DNA from: Amoeboradix gromovi X-113
Lineage: Eukaryota > Fungi > Sanchytriomycota
Length of the DNA stretch: 26,219 nucleotides
Assembly (NCBI GenBank): GCA_018985225.1
Contig: JADGIF010000053.1
Location: 1-26,219 of the forward strand
Reading direction: 5' to 3'
Under the pieces are notes generated by a model that was not told the DNA's origin, did no database searches, and was given only the letters and a program-made list of their open reading frames with translations. Shown here piece after piece: positions 8,396-17,099 of the stretch; positions within the stretch are counted from its first letter, which is position 1; every line of letters starts with the position of its first letter. The translations under genes and the position numbers were made by a program.

Positions 8396-11300
8396 TTATT
8401 GCCAACTACTCAAAGTTAAATTACTTGCCATTTCTTCAATTTTACTAGACTCTGTTATGAACTTTTCCCTGTAATATTGAATACATTCCACTCTATTCTT
8501 GTAAGGAAAGACTTTCTCTTTGTTGCTCTCTATCCAAGATCGTGTGTTTATTCTGTTCAGTCCCATTAGAATTGTGTTCATTAGTAAGTCTGTCATTAGT
8601 TCCTTTGGAATGCAGCTGGTTCCCTCATCCAATGGTCCAAAATTTGGAACATTCTTTCTCTTATACACCGTTACCATGTACTCTGCATTCATTGGTCTTA
8701 TACATATGACTACATCTCCAAAATCTCCACTGATTGTCCATGGTGTATATGGTACTATTCCTTCATCATACACCAACAATATCGCATCATTTCCAATGTG
8801 TCTTTTAACATAGTCCTTGCCCTTCAAGCACAATAACTGATGATCATGTATTACAATCTCATTAGTTGCTGATGTCATGATTCTGCACTTATCAGTTACA
8901 TCTAATCCACCATTAAACCCAGAGTACTCAGACAACTCTATTACTGGCCCAAGTTTGTTGGCAAATTCAGTGTATCCCTTGCTGAATGTGGTGTTGTTGA
9001 ATATAGAGGATTCCAAATCGGTGGTTTTGTTAGCAGCACCATGATACAACAGTCCTATCTTGCTAGTCTCTCTTGCATATGATTTGTCGAGATTCTTAAT
9101 CATCTTCTGGATGTTTGTCAAATCGCTGCTATAAAGGATATTGCGATCTTTGAAAGTACTGATATTGGTCATGCTAAGATGAATCAGGAACATGCTCAGT
9201 GGATCCATTACGGAAGATTTGGCAATTACCTGACTACTATTGTTGATTGCACTAGAAGCATTACTTGTTGTCAACACTTCCACTTTTTCGGTTTCTAATA
9301 TGTTTTTGTACTTGCCAAACAATTCGGAATACTCCTTAGGTAATCCAGAAACAAATGATCCATCATTGTTTATATCGAGCAATGTCTTCGAATGTCTAAA
9401 TTAATATCAAATACTTTTCAAGAGATTGAATAACTAGCTCCTCAGCGTTTCGTATGTATCTGGTCCTGGTAGGTGATTTCGTCGGGGTGTTACTCTGAGG
9501 TGAAACTAAAGCTACTCGTGATTTGATTTTATTCAGAGGTGGACAGGTTATAGAAAACAATGAATTGTTAAATATAGTTTTCAGAGTCAGAGTTGAATCA
9601 CTTTGTAATAGAAGACTATTACTCAAACTTATGCATTTACTAGGGATCTCCTTTGATTGATCATACAATTCGACCCGGTTAAATAAATGGATCAAAGTTT
9701 GAATGCAAATGATGCTAATTTGTTTTAGTTCGCTAGGCACATGCTTATTGATAAATGGGGAGGCCGAACTAAGAAGAGGAGAGTTGGCCTTGCTGTTATT
9801 ACTGATATTTGCGCTACTCATTCCACCCTTTAGTGGAGCTTGAACAGTTTTAGCTGCCTTTGTTTTTTCAACCAAAACAGTCTTGGACTCTAACGGCTTC
9901 TCTTTCTCAACTGCCTTATCTATCTTTTCAGTAGGATACTGCTCGTCTAACTTTGCCAGTTGCTCAAACACATGCAATACCGGCAGTAACATCGTTGTGT
10001 TAATATTCAATGAACAGCAACAATCTACTAAGAATAATGACATCTTCTCAACTAATCTGGTACGCTGCAACTCATTTACTCGATCAGCTAGTAGCAGCGA
10101 GTACTGTTCGTGGATATGCTGTACAACCATTTGCAATATCGTGGTAACTGTGGATTCATTCGATACATTAACAACTGTATAAAACAAATCTATGATTGCT
10201 GAGCTAATTGGATATAGGTCGATATGGATTGGTAGATGATTCAATATCTCATGGATTAAAGAAGGATTACGATTAGCGAACAATGATAAGGTGCTTAATG
10301 AACTGCAAACTGCATTGATGTGATTGTTCATTATTTCCTTATCCTTTTCCTGCTGCATCTTCAACTCTTTTTCCAACTTTTCTTTTTCTGCTTTTTCCAT
10401 TTTATCTGATTTATTAATTCCGGTGCTCAAAGCGCTGGCTTTTATGGTTTCTTGCTGCTGCAACGTCTGCAGTAACTGAGTATTTGTGGTCAACTTGTTA
10501 ATTAGCAGCAAGAGGATGGTCTGGCTATCCGCAGTGTTGAATAAAAACACATCCCTACCAAGTCGATTAAAGTATACCAGTGAGTCAGAATTTATGCTTT
10601 TTAGCAACCCATCAGCTAGTAGCTTCTTGTTATTAGAATATATAGCCTGTATCACTAAATGGCTAGGTGTCGCATCCAACTTACTTATCTCACTAATAAA
10701 TGCTGTGGGATTGATTTGGTAGTATAAATCAAATATTTGCAGCAATGGTGCACTGGTGGATTCGCTGATAAATGAACTCAAATCGTTAAATATGTATTTG
10801 CGCAATAAATCATCTTTATGCTTGATGTCCAAAGTTTGGTTTATCCATCCTGCGTATACAATCCTGATCAGCATCTTAATAATTGTCTTACAGATTATGC
10901 CTTTAGCGTAAGCACTAGTCGTTGATGATGTAGTGGATCTAGCGAAAAAATCTAAAAGTACCAATTCTACACCCTTGCTGTTCTTTGAGTTTTGCAACAG
11001 GGAATAAGGATAATACCAATTGCTGCACCACGCAGGGTCGCCAATGGGTTGGGTAGTCGTGAAGTATTCAGATTCATTAAACACCTTGTAGTTTGTTAAA
11101 TTAAAGTTTCCAAGCAATTCCACCTGCAACGGTTGCATATTTAAAAGGAAAGCACTGTAGCAAATATCACTCCATCTCTCGATTAAGTAGTCTACAAACA
11201 ACGAACCTTGGATGTTGTTCAATGTGAGTAAGAGAGACTGAGGATCATTACAAAGTGGAATAATTAGGCAGCAAGTAGCAAAAGTTTCACTAAGAGCCAG

Positions 11301-12494
11301 CTTCTCAAAAGCACCGATAGATTTTTCATTTATTGACGATAAAACGCACTGAAACACATGTATAGCACTTGCAGCTATAAGCGACCAGCTGGCATCGTCA
11401 ATAGGGGTGGGGCTAATTAAGCACCGCTGGACGAATCCACGGATAAAGTATATTACCCTTAGAACGCCCTGCTGACAAAGTACATCACTTTTGATAGATT
11501 TAAGAATACTGCAAATTGTAATAATGTCATTATCAATCTTCTCGTTCCAAAAAAGCTTGAAAGAAGGGTCTACAAGCCATTTATTCAACACAGCCCATCC
11601 CCACTTAGGCTCCACAACTGTCAACTTTAAATCAACTTCGCAGGCATGTCTCAATGCCACTTGACAACAAATACCAACAGCAGAATTCCAAATGAGTTTG
11701 TAAGGTAAATTTTCAGGAATTGTTGGTAGCTTAAACTTTAAAATGTTGAGCCAACTAGGTAGGGGCTGTTGAACAAACAAATTCATATAAGGAGTACTTA
11801 AGGCTTCCATTATACGGCTATCAGGTACAGTGGATTTAGTGCTAGTGTAACTGTATCCAAGATTGTGCACAATGTCAGGCATATAGTGTTTCAAAACCGC
11901 ATCTAACAAGACTTGGACTAAATTACGACAACGAGTCCAGCAGAAGTGAGAAGGAAGAAATCTATCACCCAACGCTAGGGTAAACACTTGCCCACCATGC
12001 GCCCATAGTTCATTTCTACGTATGGTTTGAATTTCATGATAAAGGTGAGGTGCTGCTGAAACAATTAAACTAAGGGCAGACGAAGTAAATAATACTTGTT
12101 GATCAACTGTAAGATCAAGAGACTTAAATGTACCAGATGAGAACATGGCAAGCGCTAAAATAGGCATGCCATCTTCAGGTTTACTTGCTACAGAAAACTT
12201 GATCAGCTCATCAATCTTCGTGTCTTGTTTACCCATTGAATCGCTCCATACTAATATGCAAAATTGTAATACCGCCCACTTCTCGTTACTTGTGTCTTGT
12301 ATTAATGCAGCTAACACATCAGTAGCAAAATCTTTTATTACCAGCGAAATCTCACTGTCAAAAATGTCAGCTTTTAACGGGAACACCTCATGATGTAATT
12401 CTTTTGCTAATTTTGATTTTCTGTCGTCAACTAGTCCTGCGAATCGCTTGTAAAGCTTGTTTTTTTTGGCAGAAGTAGCAGCAGAGACTGACAT
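8396..12494 (-). CDS. Rap/Ral-GAP-domain protein, RalGAP-alpha/tuberin-like; complement(join(8396..9395,9415..12494)), 1359 aa
   Basis: Two ORF-track entries are joined in frame by a 19-nt intron (SLEK|HSKTLLDIN). C-terminal RapGAP domain: RETSKIGLLY, Y..F...LG..I.L....GF.GGLD, KRHIGND (catalytic Asn retained), ISGDFGDVVICIRP, FGPL.EG. Long helical N-terminus. Confidence 0.85.
9396..9414 (-). other. 19-nt spliceosomal intron, phase 2 (GTATTTGATATTAATTTAG)
   Basis: GT...AG. Its terminal TAG is the stop of the 1032-aa ORF, and removal fuses that ORF in frame to the GAP-domain ORF. Confidence 0.88.
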
Positions 12495-12510
12495 TCGATA
12501 TAAAACACCA

Positions 12511-12570
12511 GCGACGTATAAGAGAGACGTGTAAATAAAAATGTTGAAACGTCACTGTTTGCGACGTGTA
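12511..12570. promoter_or_regulatory. Cluster of four ACGT-core motifs upstream of the RalGAP-like gene
   Basis: GCGACGTATA (12511), GAGACGTGTA (12524), AAACGTCA (12547) and GCGACGTGTA (12561) within an 87-bp intergenic gap. Confidence 0.45.
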
Positions 12571-12581
12571 TCTTTTCAAAA

Positions 12582-13331
12582 TTACTTTTCTCTGAGTTCC
12601 AGCAATGGTTCTAGACCATCAGCTAACCTTTTTTCATTGACCTCTTCTAAGGTATGACCCGAGTAAATTTTCTTTTCGGCAGTTTTTATAACAGTCTTGG
12701 TTTTAAATAATTTTGATAATTTCGCCTTGCTAAACCCTTTCTTGGAGGTTTTGTTGACCAATCTGATGTTATCTTGTTTTGGCACTTGTTCTGGTGAATC
12801 TTGGCTGGCATCCACTTCTTGAACATCATCTTCTTTTACTAAAGACAAATACAATGGAAGCAGGTTCAAGTCCTCCAATACTGCTCTTTTTGATATTCTC
12901 GGTAGTATTAAACCACAGACTCTATCGTTTGTTAAAAGCTGATCAACAAATTCATCCATATATATGATACTTACTTCTGAATTAGATCTAACCCTCAGTT
13001 TGTTATATTTCAGGTAAAATGGTTCTAGTATCTTATACACATCAACCGATTTCATTGTTAGTCTGCAATAAAATAATCCCAGAGCCGTCAAATACTTGAA
13101 TGAGTCATTGTTAATATATGCCATCAAAATATCAATGGATGGCTTTATCTTAGTCAGTCTATGCAACAAACATAGGAACTCAGATGCGTTTTGATTACCT
13201 CCAAATGTGCCTCCTATGTATTGTAATTTAACCGCTCTGTCAACTAATGACGCAGCATTCAGCCCAAAACACTTCTCTTTGTAGTATGTAGATTGTTGTA
13301 TGCGATGAAGTATGATTTGTTCAAATTCCAT
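12582..13331 (-). CDS. PRP38: Pre-mRNA splicing factor Prp38 (PRPF38A-like), 249 aa
   Basis: E.II..RI..S.YYKEKCFGLNAASLVDRAV.L.YIGGTFGG, FLCLL.RL..I.P, FKYLTALG.FY.RL, LEPFY..Y.KLR, MDEFVD.LL...RVC...LPR motifs. Confidence 0.95.
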   Translation of the reverse strand: MEFEQIILHRIQQSTYYKEKCFGLNAASLVDRAVKLQYIGGTFGGNQNASEFLCLLHRLTKIKPSIDILMAYINNDSFKYLTALGLFYCRLTMKSVDVYKILEPFYLKYNKLRVRSNSEVSIIYMDEFVDQLLTNDRVCGLILPRISKRAVLEDLNLLPLYLSLVKEDDVQEVDASQDSPEQVPKQDNIRLVNKTSKKGFSKAKLSKLFKTKTVIKTAEKKIYSGHTLEEVNEKRLADGLEPLLELREK

Positions 13332-13349
13332 GTTTCAAAAATAAATTAT

Positions 13350-14220
13350 TTATTGCGCTAGAGATTGCATATAAGCATACCTGACTACATGTTCTTTCCA
13401 GTTATGCTGCATTTCGCGTGCATCTACAATGGTGTGCCAGTCTTTAGTCATACTACTTCTCCATAGCTTTAGAGCTTCACTGGGATCTTCACTAAGTTGA
13501 ACGAGAAATTCATACCTGTATTGCTCATCCAACATTTTAGATCTTATTGAAGCCATAGATTCAGAAGTATCTTTTAGTTCAGGAAACGGCAAGATAGCGC
13601 TATACACCATTATCAACTCTTCTTCATTAATCAGAATTACCACCGCGATCGCCTTGATCTAAGCTAATTTCAATCGGATCTATCTTCTTAGTCAAAGAGG
13701 TTACCAATTCATCCAACATCTCGACAGATATACTCTCTTTGTCAAACACCCGCATCAAGCATGCATCGGACTTTATCACGTTCTCTTGAAATAGCTTGTG
13801 GGCCGTTGCATACTGTATAATCAAAGACTGTATAAAGGCTGTATTATATGCCATGTCTTCACCTACCCACTTATTTAACAAGTCCATTAAAGGGCCAAAC
13901 GGTTGAACCATTGTGGATTCATTTAGATTTAACACAACAGCAGTGGGTCTTGTGGGTCGCTGACACTGAAATATAGATTTGGGTACTTTCTCGGTAGGCT
14001 TATATGTAACAGTCTCGTCTTTGTATATGATGTTCATGCTTTGAATGTACGCTCCCAAATGAACACACCTTATAGTTAGCTTAGAGTCATTGAATGACCA
14101 TTTGAAAAGCTCGTGTTGGCCCTTAAATGGCATGGAATACATTTGAGATTGAATGAGTAAATCAACCTTTGAATTCAAACTATTTAACATATCAATCTTC
14201 TTTTGTATTTCAAATTCCAT
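13350..14220 (-). CDS. SMARCD: Shortened SWI/SNF BAF60/SMARCD (Swp73/Rsc6-like) SWIB-domain subunit; complement(join(13350..13621,13641..14220)), 283 aa
   Basis: SWIB-like I..L.QYA..HKL....VIKSD..L..VF....I, then DPIEI, and a C-terminal R.EFL..LS.DP......W..S..KD...W...V.RY.Y typical of BAF60. Two ORF-track entries are joined by a 19-nt intron. Start at ATG 14220 chosen from its sequence context. Confidence 0.72.
13622..13640 (-). other. 19-nt spliceosomal intron, phase 1 (GTAATTCTGATTAATGAAG)
   Basis: GT...AG with TAA at the same -8 to -6 position as the others. Removal gives DRG-EELIMVYS in frame. The acceptor is AAG, followed by a second AAG. Confidence 0.82.
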
Positions 14221-14920
14221 GTTTCGAAAATAATTGCAACAATTCTTTTGCGACACTATGGGACACCTTGATTCTCTGTTATTCTTGAATCTCCAGTATG
14301 TAATTTAATATTCTGTATATTAAATAATTTAGAATACTCCTGGAACCATGCTGTAAAAATCGTATTTTCTGTTCTAATTCTATTAAAGTTTTCAAGACAT
14401 TTTTACTCTTTTCTTTTTCTTTTTCTTCGTCTTCTTCATTTCATACCGAATCTTTGATTCTCTTGGCTTTTATGTTTATTGATAGTATAGTCTTTGGTAA
14501 ACAATTTTTGTAATCTGGTAAAAATATCTTGACTGATTTTAAAAGATTTTCTTCAATGCAAAGTTCGTTCCGAAATAAGAGAAATTGGAGCACAATGTCA
14601 TGGAGTCTAAGAACCGCGTTCTTATTCTGGTCTTGTTGAATTTTATTTTTTATTTTGTTGGTTCTACGTTTACTATTTCTTTTTCAATAGCCTCTTCGAC
14701 TTTTTTCTTTTAACGTTTCTTTGTACAACTTATTTTTTGTATTATCTTTAATAATCATTGTTTTCAAGATTTAGACGGTGTAAAGAGCTTTTATAGTAAA
14801 CAAAGTTAAATGCGCCAATCGCATAGACTTGATATACTATTGGGTAATAAAATCAAAACAATAGTTTAAGTGGTTTTACAAAGTTAGTCTAGTTTTTATA
14901 TTTGGTGTGTCAATTATTTA

Positions 14921-15448
14921 TTATTCTTCTTTCAACTTCTCGGCAGGAGCCAAAATGTCCGCTGCAAGATTAAATGAGTGTTTTACAACGTAATACCAAA
15001 CTACAACAGATACACTTCCGTTTGGAGCAAAAGGCAAGTGCAAATAATCATTTGCTGGGCCGAGCAATTTGGGCATGTAGAACATCGGAGCGGTTCTAAA
15101 ATATATGCTACATCCTGCATGCATTATGGATGTCAATACCCAGAGGCCAGACCTGACTTTCAAATTAACGGTTAATTTCTTGTAACTTTCGCTAGACTGC
15201 GAATCCTGATATTTCTTAGATACAGCGTCGAGCTCTCGTCGTATTTTAGCCCATTTAGCAAATTCATCCATAGCTGACGTACACTGTAGCTCATTTTGCA
15301 AAGTTAGAATATCTTTCTTTAAATTGGATAAATCTTTAGTGCCATATATTATAGAATAGAGAAGACCTGAAAGTGTTCCAAATCCAATTCTTTTGAGCAC
15401 CTCGACAGCCAAGCAAATGAAGGTTACAATTGCAATGGCGCTATCCAT
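14921..15448 (-). CDS. GET1: GET1/WRB (CHD5-like) tail-anchored protein insertase subunit, 175 aa
   Basis: N-terminal TM segment, coiled coil L..E...TSAMDEFAKWAKIRRELD, then P.FY.P....P....L..PFAP.GSVSV..W. Confidence 0.92.
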   Translation of the reverse strand: MDSAIAIVTFICLAVEVLKRIGFGTLSGLLYSIIYGTKDLSNLKKDILTLQNELQCTSAMDEFAKWAKIRRELDAVSKKYQDSQSSESYKKLTVNLKVRSGLWVLTSIMHAGCSIYFRTAPMFYMPKLLGPANDYLHLPFAPNGSVSVVVWYYVVKHSFNLAADILAPAEKLKEE

Positions 15449-15487
15449 GTATCAAAAAATTAAAATGAATTCTCAAATGTTTACAAC

Positions 15488-15673
15488 TCACAATTTATTT
15501 GCGTTAGATTGAAATTTGTATTGAAGCCTTTTACTATTCTTTAGTTCAGAAATAATCTCCATAATCAACTTATATCTATAGCACTCAGCAGCCAAAGTAT
15601 TCATCTCCTTAATTTTCTTCCTTAATCTCATTTTTTCAAATGGCAATGATCTTTTACTTATTAACCTTCTCAT
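15488..15673 (-). CDS. Possible small basic hypothetical protein (MRRLISKRSLPFEK..., 61 aa)
   Basis: Open frame fills most of the GET1-RBM8A gap on the same strand. No recognisable motif. Confidence 0.25.
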   Translation of the reverse strand: MRRLISKRSLPFEKMRLRKKIKEMNTLAAECYRYKLIMEIISELKNSKRLQYKFQSNANKL

Positions 15674-15756
15674 AAAACTTTGGAGGTAAAACAACGAGAA
15701 TTTTGCAGTATAAATTTATTCACGAAATCAAACTTGCATCCAAGATTGGAGTAAAT

Positions 15757-16125
15757 TCAGGATTTCAGAGTTAAAACTCTGTCAATTTTTCTGGAATTTG
15801 GACGAACAAATGCAAAATCGCATGCTAAACTATGGTTCATAAAATCTCGATTATGAAGGCTTTGAATGGCTTTTATAGCTTCATCTAATTTCGAATACTC
15901 CAGCATACAGTAGCCTTTTACGTATCCTGTCCTCCTATCGGTGTTTAAATGAATATGAACAACCTTGCCATATTCACTTACCAAGTCCAACAAGTCATCC
16001 TCAGTTGCTTCTTCGTGAATATTGGTGATAAGAATTATAAACCCTTCGATAGATACCTGCACGTTGCTTACATCATAAACCGGGTGGGAAAGAGATTTAG
16101 TCACGATTTCTTCAAATTCTGTCAT
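15757..16125 (-). CDS. RBM8A: Exon-junction-complex RRM protein Y14/RBM8A; start 16125 preferred, 16173 possible
   Basis: SIEGFIILITNIHEEATEDD, EYG.V..IHLN.DRRTGYVKGY..LEY and D.AFV match Y14. Confidence 0.93.
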   Translation of the reverse strand: MTEFEEIVTKSLSHPVYDVSNVQVSIEGFIILITNIHEEATEDDLLDLVSEYGKVVHIHLNTDRRTGYVKGYCMLEYSKLDEAIKAIQSLHNRDFMNHSLACDFAFVRPNSRKIDRVLTLKS

Positions 16126-16661
16126 TTCCAAAGTTTCGCGGAGCCAGGATTTAAATAGTACAAAACTCCACATTTTAAGTCTTGGTTTACGAGAAAACCA
16201 AGATATTTAACGAATGAGGTATAATAACAAAGAAATGTTTGAATTAACAGAGTTTTAAAGATCAAGATCACCAAATTTAATTATGCAATCTATCAAATTA
16301 ATCTTGTGCTCCACATTTAGGGAGTGTGACAACCCTAGACACCACAGAGAAGGGCGTATGAATCTTCCACTGTTGGAGACTTGAAATAATGGCTGCAAAT
16401 GTTCCTAGGCTTTAAGTTTGATATTTCAAATCTTCAACGGTGTAAAAGACAATGCAACAAAAAATCAAATAGCAGATTCCAGGTCCAGTTATTTCAGCAG
16501 AGTATGATGAGCTCTTTTATGGAGACACGTTATGATCATGACCTCGATTTTTTCATCTTTCGACAGTTTTGGCGAGATTGAAAGTCCTTTCTAAAAAAAG
16601 GATTTTGTTCTTCATACGAAAAGTTGCTAAAGTAATTAATAAAAAATAGTTAAGAAAATAA

Positions 16662-17087
16662 ATGGCCTCTGAAGTCGCCCATAACGTTTATCTTCTGGGG
16701 TATACTCAATCTATTGGGACAGCAATACTGAGTAACAACACCGAAATTTCGATAAGTGGTAGCCTCTCTGTAGGTTATGGTGATATATCAGCAAATTTAG
16801 AATTTGAGAAGTCTTTTAAATTTGAAAGAGTTAGTGGAACATTAAGATATCATGGAAAGAGTTATCAAATAAACATAGAGAATAGTGATATTATAACTAC
16901 ATCTCCTTTGCCCATAATAGCAGGGTTTTTGATTCAATGTTCTGCAAAACAAAATTACTCTGGCGTTCACAAACAGAGTATGAGCGAAAGCGCCAATTCA
17001 GTATTGAAAAGAATTTTGAAAAAAGAATCAGATATCGAAGATACGGTGGACATGGTTGTTTCCTATCTGAGAACCGGTAGCAAATAG
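16662..17087 (+). CDS. Hypothetical protein, 141 aa
   Basis: Clean ATG-TAG ORF with A-rich start context, ending 12 bp from the convergent neighbour. No family recognised. Confidence 0.6.
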   Translation: MASEVAHNVYLLGYTQSIGTAILSNNTEISISGSLSVGYGDISANLEFEKSFKFERVSGTLRYHGKSYQINIENSDIITTSPLPIIAGFLIQCSAKQNYSGVHKQSMSESANSVLKRILKKESDIEDTVDMVVSYLRTGSK

Positions 17088-17099
17088 TAAACTGTATAT

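Noticed and set aside
11918-11932. 15-nt in-frame GTTGTCGTAATTTAG on the - strand in the RalGAP-like gene
   Set aside because: The 3' end matches but the donor GTTGT does not fit GTAWW, and the length is below the supported range.
14315-14332. 18-nt GTATATTAAATAATTTAG on the + strand
   Set aside because: Matches the consensus but no credible + strand gene surrounds it; likely chance in very AT-rich DNA.
16399-16581. 60-aa + strand ORF
   Set aside because: At the length cutoff, with no motif and no stop-linked AATAAA.
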